DNA of 64,000 nucleotides from the IMG/VR virus record IMGVR_UViG_3300043777_000365, positions 1 through 64,000 of that record; one strand, given 5' to 3'. Source of the stretch: a virus. Position 1 is the stretch's first letter, and each line of letters starts with the position of its first letter. Below are positions 28,583-38,418 of this stretch, piece after piece. A program made the position numbers and the translations under genes. The notes beneath the pieces were generated by a model. The model saw only the letters and a program-made list of their open reading frames with translations. It was not told the origin of the DNA and ran no database searches.

Positions 28583-29539
28583 TTACACCAAGACCCCCCC
28601 GCACCCGACGCCGGAGCTGACGCCGGGAACGCGGGGCGTGGCGAGCGCGGTGGCGACGACGGGGTACACGGTGGAGTCGGGGATGACCGCGCCCAGGGGC
28701 AGGCCGGCGAGGACGTACGCGAGCGTCGTCGCCGGGGTCATCGTCGCGGCGAGGGTCGCCCCGGTGAGCGGCCCGGCCAGCGCGGCGACCGCCGCCGCCC
28801 ACGGCACCATGAAGCCCATGATGATGTTGCACACCCCCTCGATGGTCGCGACGTGGTCGGTGGGCTGGGCCCCGGCCGCCCCGAGGTAGATGCTCCCGGA
28901 CGGGTTGAGCATCGTGATGGAGCTGGTCGACGGGTCGATGGTGAACAGGATGGGCGAGTCGCCGCCGGCGACGATCGCGACGGCGTTCGACTGGGTGGAG
29001 AGCTTGATCCCGTTGGAGTCGAGCCGGACGTAGTCGCCCTCGCCCGACTGCATCGCCCAGTTGCCGCTCGCGTCCATCGCCAGCTGGGACTGCGTCGTGT
29101 CGTTGAGGACCATCCACCCGTTCTCGAACTCGAGGATGGTGTTCGGGATGGTGCGCTGGACGTTGATGTTGTTCTGGGTGACGTCGAGCCCGGCGACGAC
29201 GTTCGGCCACGTGTCGACCCCGTTGGACAGGTGCCCGGTGATGATCCCTCCCGCGCGCTCGTCCCCCTGGGGGATCTGGACGATGACCTCGTCGCCGGCC
29301 TGGATGGCGTGCCAGCTGCCCTCGCCCACGCCCGCGCTCGCCTGGGCCACGCGGCAGCGGACGGGGATGTCGCTCGGGTGCAGCCGCACGTTGACCAGCG
29401 GGTAGCCGTTGGTGAAGTCCACGGGGCTCGTGCCGCCGATGGCGTTCTCGACGATGCCGATGCTCGTCCACTGCCGGGTGTCCATGCCCGGGCGGGCGAC
29501 CGACTGGCCGATGTCGCTGGAGTCGAAGTCGTCGGGCAT
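28583..29539 (-). CDS. Baseplate spike (gpV/gp5 OB-fold)
   Basis: AGVGEGSW..IQAGDEVIV..PQGD, followed by beta-helix-like repeats. Confidence 0.75.
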   Translation of the reverse strand: MPDDFDSSDIGQSVARPGMDTRQWTSIGIVENAIGGTSPVDFTNGYPLVNVRLHPSDIPVRCRVAQASAGVGEGSWHAIQAGDEVIVQIPQGDERAGGIITGHLSNGVDTWPNVVAGLDVTQNNINVQRTIPNTILEFENGWMVLNDTTQSQLAMDASGNWAMQSGEGDYVRLDSNGIKLSTQSNAVAIVAGGDSPILFTIDPSTSSITMLNPSGSIYLGAAGAQPTDHVATIEGVCNIIMGFMVPWAAAVAALAGPLTGATLAATMTPATTLAYVLAGLPLGAVIPDSTVYPVVATALATPRVPGVSSGVGCGGVLV

Positions 29540-29577
29540 GGCCGGAGCTTAGTTGGAAACCCGGGTTTCCAAACCCC

Positions 29578-32424
29578 TCAGGTGACCCCGCTCGACTGCT
29601 GGGTCGAGGTCGGCTTCGTCCCCGCCTGCGGCATCAGCGTCGAGTCGTCGAAGCCGCTGTTCGCGTCAAGCGCCACCTCGACGAAGTTGACCGCGTCGAC
29701 CTCGATCGTGAGCCCCTGGTCCACGTCCCACGCGAGCGAGTCGCTCTTCACGACGAACTGGCTCTGGAAGCTCGTGGACGAGAACGCCTTGAGGTACGCG
29801 CTGATGAACTGCGGGTCGAACCCGAGCGCGGACAGCTGCTGCTGGGCGGCGGCCTGCTGGGTGGCGGCGTCCTCGAGCTCGCCGATGGAGTGCTGCACGG
29901 CGGTGGGCTGGCTCGTGTCCACCCGGTCGACCAGGTACTCGATGCGGTCGCCGGCGAGCATGTCGAGCACGTCCGGGTCGGAGTTGTCGCCGCCGTAGCT
30001 CGCGGTGTTGCGCGCGGTGAGCTTCACCTGCAGCTCCCCGCGGTTCAGCCCCTCGTAGTAGTGCTGCGCCGCCACCTGGAGCGTGTTGAGGTCGGTGATG
30101 CCGCTGACGGTGTAGACGCAGTACTTGGTGACGTTGCCGCCGTCGCCGGGGAGGGTGGAGACGGGGCGGATGTTCTTGGTGGGGGTGCCGGTGGAGCTGC
30201 CCTGCTTCAGCGGGGGGTGGCGCGCGACGAGAGTTTGCTTCTTGGACTCGTCGTAGCAGTTGTGGGTTATGATCCCGTCCGACGTGAACCAACCCGACCG
30301 AGTCTGGAGATTGTAGACGTGCCCCGACCAAGCAGAACGCTCGACCTTGAGGACCTTGCTCGTCGTTACGCGGACGGAGCCACGTTCGCCGAGCTCGAAC
30401 GCGCCGAGAACCTCCCGCACAACGCCTTGTGCAGGCACTTCCGACGAGCTGGGATTCCGACTCGCACCGGTGGCGTGGAGCGGAATCGCAAACATCGAAG
30501 AGAGCTGGCGATGTTGCTGGAGAAGCTTCCAGACCTTCCGCAACAATATGCGACCGGGGCCGCCTCCATCCGAGACTTGTCGAGGTCGTTCCACCTGGAC
30601 AGCAAAGTCGTCCGAGACTTGCTCGTCCTCGCCGGGGTCGAGGTCCGAACTTTGTGCGCCGCCAGCCAAAACCGCTTCCGAAAACTCGGACCAGAGGGAG
30701 CCAAAGCCCTCACCGAGCCCATGCACGCCGCCGTGCGCGGTCGCCGCTGGCCTCGTGAGCTCGTGCGCCGAATGCAGGAGGAACGAGCAAAGGCGCTGCA
30801 GAAGTCTCGTCGCCACGAAGGTCGGTTCGAGGCCGAGCTTGCCAAAATGCTTCGGCGCCGAGGACTGCGGCCCGTCCCGCAGCAAGCCGTTGGTCGTTAC
30901 AACCTCGACCTCGGACTCCATCCCATCGCCGTGGAAGTCCACCTTTCCGGTGGGTCTCCTCTCCACTCCGCCCGCCTTCGAAAGCGAGTCAAAGACCTTG
31001 CCGATCTCGGTTGGTCCAGCGTCTTCGTTTGGCTCAACCCCAGGTCCCCGCTTCGGGAGGGCGCAGCAGACAAGATCGTCGCCCTCCACGAGCTCGCCCA
31101 TCGCGACCCATCCGCGCGCCGTGAGCACTGGGTGATTCGGGGTTCCGGAGAGGACCCGCCCGTTCCAGGCACGTGCGGTTACAAGGGTCCCTGAGTACCA
31201 CCGCCGATAGGCCTTCTCGACGTCCCTGGCCGCGACGACCGAGTCGCCCACCAGGCAGCGAAGCTCGATGGCCTTGCGGGCGGTGCGGGTGTACTTGCGC
31301 CCGCACTTCGCGCTCTTGAGGTTCCGCCCCCAGACGAACGTGCGCAGCGGGTGCACCTGGCCGTCGGCCCACGTGTAGCCGGTGAACGGGTCGTCGTAGC
31401 GGGGAGGGAACCCCTTGCTCGTCGCGGAGCGGACCCGCTGGATGACGACCGTGGTCCCCTCGACGCGGCAGTTGTGCCCGACGAGGAGCATGATCTCGAC
31501 GAGGTAGTCCCACACGCTCATCTTGTTGGTGCCGCTGGTGCCGCCGCCCTTGTTCGCGGTGGGGCCGCCGAGGTCGGGCCGGTACGCGCTCGGCCCCATC
31601 GACGTCGAGAGCATCGGGATGCTGCCGGAGGGGACCGCCGGCCGGTACTCGACCGACAGCCCCTGGAACTGGGGGAAGTTGGTGAGCAGCTGGGCCACGG
31701 CCTGGTCCAGGGGCTTGGTCACGTCGATGGAGAGCATCGGCGGCATCTCCTGGTCGAGCAGGAGGCGCGTGTTGTCGACGCACTTCATCCGCACGAGCGC
31801 CGTGCCCTCCGACGAGAACTCGTAGTCCCAGTCGTCGACCCAGCCCTGGAAGCGGAGGTTCGTGCGGGGGTTGCCCTTGGAGTCGACCCACGTGTCCGGG
31901 ACCATGTTCACCGGGGTGGCGGTCTGCGTCTGGCCCTGCGTGGCGGTCTGCGTCTGCCCGGCCACCCCCTGGGAGAACTGGTCTTGGGTGAGCATGCCCA
32001 GGTAGAACTCGATGGCGACGGAGCGGAACGCGCGCGGGTCCACCGGCAGGTCGATGTAGCGGAAGGCGACGTCGAGCGTGTCGCCCTGCTTCCAGCCGTT
32101 GCGGCCCATCTTCGCGTCGTGGGGGATGATGCCCGCGACCACCTGGGTGAGCCCGTCGGAGCTCGAGCTCTGCGCCTGCGGCCCGCCGGGGGCGGCCTGG
32201 GCGCCGGCCGCCGCGATGACGTAGCGGGTGATCCCCGCCGGGGCGGTGGGGTCCTGCTGGTAGGTGAGGGGGGCGTTCTGGGAGACGGTGCCCTTGAGCA
32301 GCTGCGGGGGCTGGAGCGTGGACGGGTCGACGATGCTGTCCGCGTACTCCTCGAGCCGGAGGATGAGCCGGATCTTCGCCCCCGGGAAGTACGACTGGTC
32401 GGTCGGGTAATCTTGGTTGGGCAC
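29578..32424 (-). CDS. Baseplate hub (gpD/gp27-like) protein containing an intein
   Basis: Position between LysM and spike genes; FQGWVD and SVWDYL; intein motifs. Confidence 0.75.
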   Translation of the reverse strand: MPNQDYPTDQSYFPGAKIRLILRLEEYADSIVDPSTLQPPQLLKGTVSQNAPLTYQQDPTAPAGITRYVIAAAGAQAAPGGPQAQSSSSDGLTQVVAGIIPHDAKMGRNGWKQGDTLDVAFRYIDLPVDPRAFRSVAIEFYLGMLTQDQFSQGVAGQTQTATQGQTQTATPVNMVPDTWVDSKGNPRTNLRFQGWVDDWDYEFSSEGTALVRMKCVDNTRLLLDQEMPPMLSIDVTKPLDQAVAQLLTNFPQFQGLSVEYRPAVPSGSIPMLSTSMGPSAYRPDLGGPTANKGGGTSGTNKMSVWDYLVEIMLLVGHNCRVEGTTVVIQRVRSATSKGFPPRYDDPFTGYTWADGQVHPLRTFVWGRNLKSAKCGRKYTRTARKAIELRCLVGDSVVAARDVEKAYRRWYSGTLVTARAWNGRVLSGTPNHPVLTARGWVAMGELVEGDDLVCCALPKRGPGVEPNEDAGPTEIGKVFDSLSKAGGVERRPTGKVDFHGDGMESEVEVVTTNGLLRDGPQSSAPKHFGKLGLEPTFVATRLLQRLCSFLLHSAHELTRPAATAHGGVHGLGEGFGSLWSEFSEAVLAGGAQSSDLDPGEDEQVSDDFAVQVERPRQVSDGGGPGRILLRKVWKLLQQHRQLSSMFAIPLHATGASRNPSSSEVPAQGVVREVLGAFELGERGSVRVTTSKVLKVERSAWSGHVYNLQTRSGWFTSDGIITHNCYDESKKQTLVARHPPLKQGSSTGTPTKNIRPVSTLPGDGGNVTKYCVYTVSGITDLNTLQVAAQHYYEGLNRGELQVKLTARNTASYGGDNSDPDVLDMLAGDRIEYLVDRVDTSQPTAVQHSIGELEDAATQQAAAQQQLSALGFDPQFISAYLKAFSSTSFQSQFVVKSDSLAWDVDQGLTIEVDAVNFVEVALDANSGFDDSTLMPQAGTKPTSTQQSSGVT
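30259..31257 (-). mobile_element. Intein (333 aa) in the baseplate hub
   Basis: Block A CLVGDS; block B GTPNHPVLT..GW; block F VYNLQT; block G GIITHN followed by +1 Cys. Confidence 0.92.
30319..31194 (+). CDS. HTH plus DUF559/Vsr-like endonuclease encoded antisense inside the intein
   Basis: GGAGA RBS 8 nt before GTG 30319; two HTH-like repeats; FEAELAKML..QQAVGRYNLDL..IAVEV..H..L.DLGWSSVFVW. Confidence 0.78.
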   Translation: MPRPSRTLDLEDLARRYADGATFAELERAENLPHNALCRHFRRAGIPTRTGGVERNRKHRRELAMLLEKLPDLPQQYATGAASIRDLSRSFHLDSKVVRDLLVLAGVEVRTLCAASQNRFRKLGPEGAKALTEPMHAAVRGRRWPRELVRRMQEERAKALQKSRRHEGRFEAELAKMLRRRGLRPVPQQAVGRYNLDLGLHPIAVEVHLSGGSPLHSARLRKRVKDLADLGWSSVFVWLNPRSPLREGAADKIVALHELAHRDPSARREHWVIRGSGEDPPVPGTCGYKGP

Positions 32425-32480
32425 GCTCCTGAGCTTAGTTGGAAACCCGGGTTTCCAACCGATGGCGGCATGATGGGCCT

Positions 32481-33479
32481 ATGTCAGGCCACGTCGACCA
32501 GCGGAACCGAGACCTGCGCGTGCTGCGCGAACTCTGCGAGGAGGGAGAGGTCGAAGGGACCTCGCTCGACGTGCCAGAGGCGTTCTACGAGATGCTCGTG
32601 CGGGTCGAGGAACGAGGCCTGGTCCTCACCCCGAAGCAGCGCAAGTGGGTGAACGACGTCGCCGCCAAGTCGGGCTTCATCGAAGAGAGCGCTGGCCCAG
32701 AAGAGGACGGGGGACCCGAGCCCGCGTGCTTCACCGACGGCCCCATCCCTCGCGGCAAGGAGGTCGAGCTGCTCGTGCGCGACAAGCCGCTGCGTCCGCC
32801 GGCGAGGACCCCAGACCGATGACTCGCAGACGGGAGGCCACCGTAACCATCGAGGGCTACCACCTCGGCTCCGGGCAGGTGACGGCCCTGCGGGTCGCGT
32901 GCACGAGCTGGCTGTGCGAGCTGGACGAGGGCCACGCCGCGGAGCTCGGGGAGATTGGCCGGCTCTACCAAGAGCGACTACGCGAAGTCCTCGCGATGTT
33001 GGTCGACTGATGCCCGACTCGGAAGCGCCCGACCCGCCCGAATCCGACCCCTACTGCCGGCATTGGTCGGCGATCTGGGACTGCGAGGTCAAGTGCGCAA
33101 GGTGTGGGCACGAGTGCCGCAAGCACGACCACGATGTCTCCTTCGTGGAGGGCGAAGGAATCTCGTGCGAGGAGTGCGGGTGTCCGGCCTGGGTGGAACC
33201 ATTGGAACCATGAAATTAGAGATGCTCTATGCCGAATGCTGGAAGCTAAGCGGGCGAACCTTTCACTTGGAGGTCCTCACCGACCGGTTGGGATGTTGCA
33301 CGACCATCAACTGGACCGCGTTGGTGCGTGGCGTCCCTTATCAGCTCATGATCCCGATCCTCGAGAATGGTCGCACGACGGGAGACCCGATCGACTTGCT
33401 CCGGACTCTCCTCGAGCAGGCGCACTCCTGCCTGCAAGAAGTCGCCGCTAGACCGTCGTCGCCGACTGCTGGCTCGTAA
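32481..33479 (+). other. Opposite-strand accessory cassette of 4 small ORFs (32481-32822, 32819-33010, 33010-33213, 33210-33479)
   Basis: Begins 6 nt after CATGAT, just downstream of the palindrome at 32439; coupled ORFs. Confidence 0.6.
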
Positions 33480-34788
33480 GCGCCGGGACGAGCAGCACGT
33501 CCCCGCCCACGAACGTCGCGAGCCCCCAGGGCAGGTGGTTCGCCCGCAGGAGGAACAGCGCCTGCTCCGCGCTCCCGTAGAACTTCCTCGCGATCCACTG
33601 CGGCGTGTCGCCGGCCTTGGCCGTGTACACCGCGACGAGCCCCGCGGTGGTCATGCCGGCCGTCTGTTGCCCGCTCACGCGGCCGCCGCCCGGGTTGCTC
33701 GAGATGCGAGGCAGCGCCTTCGTCCGGGTGTCGCTCGCGGTCTTGGCCAGCTGCGCCGCGCTCGTCATCAGGTCGGACACGTACTTGGACGCGCGCAGGT
33801 AGTCCGCCAGGCTCGACCCGTTCTGCACGTCGAGCTCGAACGGCACCGCCGACAGGCTCTGGCGGAAGTTGTTCGCCGCCACGATGGTCGTCGAGCACAT
33901 CGCGACGACGTTCTGCGACTGGGCGATGGGGGTGGTCTTCAGCTTGTTGGCGAGGGCGCTCGCCTGCGCGTAGCGGTTCTGGATCTGCTGGAGGTTGGTG
34001 TTGAGCGTGGACACGGCCGCCGTGAGCGCCGGGCTCACCGCCTCGAGCCGGCCGAGCGTGGTCGCCGTCGCCCCGAAGCCGATGCCGCTGGAGAAGCCGC
34101 TGCCCCCGCTCACCACCCCGAAGCCGAAGCTACCCCCCAACGAGGCGGACAGCCCGATGGACGCGCTAAAGAACGCCGCCGTCGGGGCCGTGAGGACCAT
34201 CGTGTCGTTCAGGGCGCCGATGACGGCGCTGCCGAGCGTGGCGACGTCGGTGTCGCGGGTGCTCGCCGCCACCTGCTGTGCGCCGCCCCGACCGTCCCAG
34301 TCGAACTTGATGGTCCAGTGGATGTCGTCGACGTCGTCGTGCGGGAACTCCCACTCCGTCGCCCGCCCCGTCCGCACGACGCTGTACTGGTAGGCGGACA
34401 CGTCCCCGCTGATCGGGTCGACCTCCTCCTTGTCCACGGTCCAGGTCACCTGCAGCCGCGCCCCCTGGAAGAACATCAGGTCGAGGAAGTTCTTCAGCAC
34501 CGTCGGGGTCGCCGTGGCCTGGTCCCCCTGCTGCGAGGAGCCGTACGTGGACGGGGCGCGCGCCATCATGTTGCGGCGCCACTGCCCCTCCCACGTGGAG
34601 GGCATCTCGCGCGGGCCGAGCACCTGCTGCGTCGCGGTGGTGCCGTTGCCCGGGTACCAGTCGGTGATGACCTTCTGCGAGGTCTTCCACGACGCCCCCC
34701 AGTTGGGCAGTGCCGGGCCGATGAGGCTGACGCGCCGCCCTTGGCTGCCGCTGATCTCGACGATGCTGATGACCGACCCGGCCGCCAT
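33448..34788 (-). CDS. Tail tube initiator/baseplate protein with C-terminal LysM
   Basis: YTAKAGDTPQWIARKFYGS..LLRANHL..LLVP. Confidence 0.8.
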   Translation of the reverse strand: MAAGSVISIVEISGSQGRRVSLIGPALPNWGASWKTSQKVITDWYPGNGTTATQQVLGPREMPSTWEGQWRRNMMARAPSTYGSSQQGDQATATPTVLKNFLDLMFFQGARLQVTWTVDKEEVDPISGDVSAYQYSVVRTGRATEWEFPHDDVDDIHWTIKFDWDGRGGAQQVAASTRDTDVATLGSAVIGALNDTMVLTAPTAAFFSASIGLSASLGGSFGFGVVSGGSGFSSGIGFGATATTLGRLEAVSPALTAAVSTLNTNLQQIQNRYAQASALANKLKTTPIAQSQNVVAMCSTTIVAANNFRQSLSAVPFELDVQNGSSLADYLRASKYVSDLMTSAAQLAKTASDTRTKALPRISSNPGGGRVSGQQTAGMTTAGLVAVYTAKAGDTPQWIARKFYGSAEQALFLLRANHLPWGLATFVGGDVLLVPALTSQQSATTV

Positions 34789-34797
34789 GGACCGACC

Positions 34798-35412
34798 TTA
34801 CAGCAGGGACCGGAACCCCGGGCGGGAGCGGACCGGCCGCCTGGCCCGCCGCGCGCCCAAGCGCCCCTTGGGGACGCGCCGAGGGAGGACCGGGGCGTTG
34901 GGCAGGGGAGGCTCGGGCGGGGCCGCGGAGGCCAGCCAGAGCGCCGCGGGAGGGCAGCTCTTGCCCTTCGCCCCCTGCCGGTAGTGCGGCGGGGGCTCGA
35001 CCCTTGGCGGCGGGGGGATGTTGCTGGCCGCCTGGGCGTACGAGTGGCTGTACCCGAAGCTGTCCACGTAGAGGAACGTCGACGACGTCCCTTGGTACCA
35101 CTGCTGCTGGAAGCCCCCGGTGGGGAGCGGGTTCGAGACCACGACGCCTCCCCCTCAGTGTGTGAACCGACCTTGGTCGTCCCTCGGTTGGTCCCCGCCA
35201 GACCCGGCCAGCCCGAACTTCTCCGCGTCCGCCTTCGAGTGCACGTAGGCGGTCTTGCCTTGGGCCCTCAACTCTTTGCCGTAGGCGTGGGCTTCCTTCT
35301 TCGACGCGTGGTCCTTCACCGTCCTCGTGCCATCGGCGTTGTGCACGACCGAGACGTAGGGCGTCCCCTTGCCCTTGGGACTTTTCGACTTGGCCCAGCT
35401 GCTCAGCGACAC
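34798..35412 (-). other. Two small hypothetical ORFs (34798-35142, 35155-35412)
   Basis: The second ends in QPRDDQGRF. Confidence 0.5.
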
Positions 35413-35422
35413 GGGCGCGGCC

Positions 35423-35896
35423 TTACTTGATGCCGGCCCACTTCTTCAGCGGGTTGGTCGACGCGCCGGCCCCGCCAGGAGACTTGCCGGGGACCGGGAG
35501 GCCAGCCGCGGCGGCCGCCGCCCGGTCGCTGCTCGAGGGGCCGTCGCTGCCCATCGGGTTGCTCGACCCCGAGGAGCTGGAGCCGGACGAGCCGGAGCTC
35601 CCGCTCGAGGACCCGCTCGACCCCGACGACGAGTCGCTCGAGTCGCTCGAGTCGCTCGACGAGGAGGACGAGTCGCTGCTGGAGCTGCTGTCGCTCGAGT
35701 CCGAGGACGACGAGCTGCTGTCGCTCGAGTCGCTGGAGCTCGAGGATGAGCCAGAGGAGCCGCTCGACCCGCCGCTGGAGTCGGAGCTGCCGCTCGAGGA
35801 CGAGTCGCTGGAGCCCGAGGAGCTGGAGCCAGACGAGCCCGAGCTGGAGCCTCCGGACGAGGGGAAGGGCATGGGGTCGAGCGGTGCGTTTGCCAT
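35423..35896 (-). CDS. Ser/Gly/Asp low-complexity protein
   Basis: About 100 aa of SSG/SSD repeats. Confidence 0.55.
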   Translation of the reverse strand: MANAPLDPMPFPSSGGSSSGSSGSSSSGSSDSSSSGSSDSSGGSSGSSGSSSSSSDSSDSSSSSSDSSDSSSSSDSSSSSSDSSDSSDSSSGSSGSSSGSSGSSGSSSSGSSNPMGSDGPSSSDRAAAAAAGLPVPGKSPGGAGASTNPLKKWAGIK

Positions 35897-35938
35897 GCGC
35901 CTACCCATACCAACGTCTGGGGAAACCCGCACCCAGGG

Positions 35939-36553
35939 CTACCCGTACAGGCGCAAGATCTCTCTGGCCCAGGCGACTTTGTCGGACACCCGTTGACCGG
36001 CCGGCTGGGAGCTCGTCCAGAGCTCGAGGTTGCAACACGTGGCCGGACAACCCCCGAACTCGTGCCCCTTCTTGAGCCGGTTGTCATCCTTCACTCCGTT
36101 CTTGTGGTGGGGTGTCTCGTGCTTCTCGAGTGGGCGGCCTAGCGAACGCGCCATCACGAGGCGATGCTCGAACACGTATCCAGACGTGTTCGATGGTCGA
36201 CTGCGACTCATCGCAAACAAAGGATCCGTGTGGTCAATCCACACTTCGACGTAGCCATGTTTGGTGAGTTGTCGTCCGCCCTTCCACCGCCCGCTACTTT
36301 TCCCCACGCCACCCCGGCTAGGCTGCCCGGTGAGTTCCGCTCGCAACCGGTCCCCGCGGAAACACCCACAAGATCTGCTTCTCCCGGTGAGCAAAGAAGT
36401 TCGAAGAACGATTTTGGTCCGCCCGCATTGACAACGACACATTGCCGCCGGCCAAAGATCAGATCTTCTTCCCACCAACTTCGTCGTGAGGCCCAACACC
36501 GTCCAACGATCGAACCGGGCTCCCACCTTGAGAGGTTCCACATGTCTGAACAT
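35939..36553 (-). CDS. HNH homing endonuclease
   Basis: CRCQCG..SRSCGC; WKGG; YVFEHRLVM..LGRPL...E..HHKNGVKDDNR..NLEL; lower GC. Confidence 0.9.
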   Translation of the reverse strand: MFRHVEPLKVGARFDRWTVLGLTTKLVGRRSDLWPAAMCRCQCGRTKIVLRTSLLTGRSRSCGCFRGDRLRAELTGQPSRGGVGKSSGRWKGGRQLTKHGYVEVWIDHTDPLFAMSRSRPSNTSGYVFEHRLVMARSLGRPLEKHETPHHKNGVKDDNRLKKGHEFGGCPATCCNLELWTSSQPAGQRVSDKVAWAREILRLYG

Positions 36554-36577
36554 GGGATAAAGCTTACTACGATTCGT

Positions 36578-38371
36578 CTAAAAAGAAGATTGTGGCACTT
36601 GGGTTGAAGCCGACACCTTGCTTCGTGCTGCTCTACCAAACCCCTCTTTCATCACAGCGACCAGGCGGTCCGGGTCGGTGTCCTTGAAGTCCTGCTGGAT
36701 CGTGATCGCCCCCGTGAAGTTGTAGACGGGGGGAGCCTTGATGGCGCCGACCTCGGGCTCGCCCCCGCCCGCCACGCCCGTGCGCATCGCCCCGGGCCGG
36801 TCGTGCGCCATGCCGGCCCCCTGGATCTCGTGCCCGATGTCGAACGCCTCCTCGACGGTGTGCAGGAGGTCCACGAGGTGATGCTCCAGGAACGCGAACG
36901 CGTGCGCCAGGTCCGCGACGACGAAGGAGACCTCCTTCACCTTGTCCAGGAGCTCCATCCCGAGCCACTCGGCCAGCCCCTTCAGGTCCGCGCCCACGGA
37001 GTCCGACCCCTGCGTCAGCGCGTCCCACGCCTCCATCAGGTTCGACTCGATGACCTCCATCGCGACCTGCGCCTCGCCGTAGTACTCGCTCGTCTCGTCG
37101 GTCAGGTCCACGAACGCCCCGTAGACGGCCGCCACGGCCCCCGCGAGCGCGACGGCCGCCACCGCCTCGGCCGCGAGGGTGACCGGGTCGAACGCCGCGG
37201 CCACGGCCTCGCCGAGCTCGGTGACGGACGCGGACAGCCCCTTGGAGAAGAGCCCGCCGATGGCGTCCGCCGCCCCCGTCGCCGCCGCCGTGCCGACATT
37301 GGCCACGCCCGGGGCCGCCTGGAGGATCTTCCCCGCGGCGAACGCCTCCGCGATGGCCGCCTTGTGCGCGAGGATGAAGTCGACGACGGCCTTGACGTCG
37401 TGCGCCCCCTTGGAGAACGCCTCCTTGATCTGCTCGGCGTGGTCCTGCAGGTACTCGAACCCCTCCTGGATCTTGTCGGCGGCCTCGCCGATCCACTCGC
37501 CGACCTTGTCCCCCACCGTCGAGGCGAACGCCTCGATGGCCTCCTTGTGGTCCTGGAAGTAGCCGCGCAGCCGGTCGAGCGGCCCGCCCAGCGCCTTGAG
37601 GATGGGGGCGCCGAGGCTCTCGAAGATCTCCTCGCGCATCGTCTTGAGCGAGGTGACCAGCTCGTTGAAGGTGAGCGGCAGCCCCTTCATCTTCGCCCCC
37701 ATCTTCTCGACGGCGTCGATGCCGAGCTGCATCGCCTGCTCCGGGCTCATCTTCGTCATCTGCGCGGCGACCTGCTTGGCCGTGCCGGCGAGCATCCCGG
37801 TGGCCGAGATCATCTGCACGATGGGGTTGCGGGCCCGGATGATGCCGGAGGAGAGGTTGGAGAACCCCGTGGAAAGCGCGCTGATGCCGCCGGGGACGGC
37901 CTTGCCCGCGTTCGCCATCTGCTCGGTGAGCTGCTCGACGTCCTTGGTGGCGAGGCCGGTGCGCTCCGCCATCTCGTCGAACGCCGCGACCACATCCCCC
38001 TTCGCCTGGCCGGTGGTCTCGGCGAGCTCAGCGAAGCTCTCGTTCAGCTCGTGCGCCTCGCCGCCGAGCTCCTCGAGCGACGCCCCCTCCTCGTCGATCA
38101 TCGCGAGCACGCCGCGGATGGCCTTCTCCTGCTCCTCCATCCCCGCGGCGGCCTCGAACGCCTCGTGCCCGAGCTCCTTGATGCTCTCGACCGCCCCCTC
38201 CAGCTGGAACCCGAGCGCGACGGCGGCCGCGTTCTTGAACATCTCGACCAGCTCGTGGCCGGTCTCCATCACCTTCTCGTCCAGCGCCTCGAAGCCCTCC
38301 CCGATGTGGTGGAGGGCCTCGGACATGTGGTCTTCCAACCGGAGGGAAGTCTTCACCTCGTGTTCGGCCAT
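36578..38371 (-). CDS. Tape measure protein
   Basis: Ala/Glu-rich helical 597 aa directly downstream of the tail chaperone. Confidence 0.75.
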   Translation of the reverse strand: MAEHEVKTSLRLEDHMSEALHHIGEGFEALDEKVMETGHELVEMFKNAAAVALGFQLEGAVESIKELGHEAFEAAAGMEEQEKAIRGVLAMIDEEGASLEELGGEAHELNESFAELAETTGQAKGDVVAAFDEMAERTGLATKDVEQLTEQMANAGKAVPGGISALSTGFSNLSSGIIRARNPIVQMISATGMLAGTAKQVAAQMTKMSPEQAMQLGIDAVEKMGAKMKGLPLTFNELVTSLKTMREEIFESLGAPILKALGGPLDRLRGYFQDHKEAIEAFASTVGDKVGEWIGEAADKIQEGFEYLQDHAEQIKEAFSKGAHDVKAVVDFILAHKAAIAEAFAAGKILQAAPGVANVGTAAATGAADAIGGLFSKGLSASVTELGEAVAAAFDPVTLAAEAVAAVALAGAVAAVYGAFVDLTDETSEYYGEAQVAMEVIESNLMEAWDALTQGSDSVGADLKGLAEWLGMELLDKVKEVSFVVADLAHAFAFLEHHLVDLLHTVEEAFDIGHEIQGAGMAHDRPGAMRTGVAGGGEPEVGAIKAPPVYNFTGAITIQQDFKDTDPDRLVAVMKEGFGRAARSKVSASTQVPQSSF

Positions 38372-38418
38372 CGCGCCTTAGACCTTACTGGAAACCCAGG
38401 TTTCCAACCCAGGGTGGC

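Noticed and set aside
35427-35996. Plus-strand Glu/Leu/Asp-rich ORF
   Set aside because: Antisense read of the Ser-rich repeats; surrounding genes are on the minus strand
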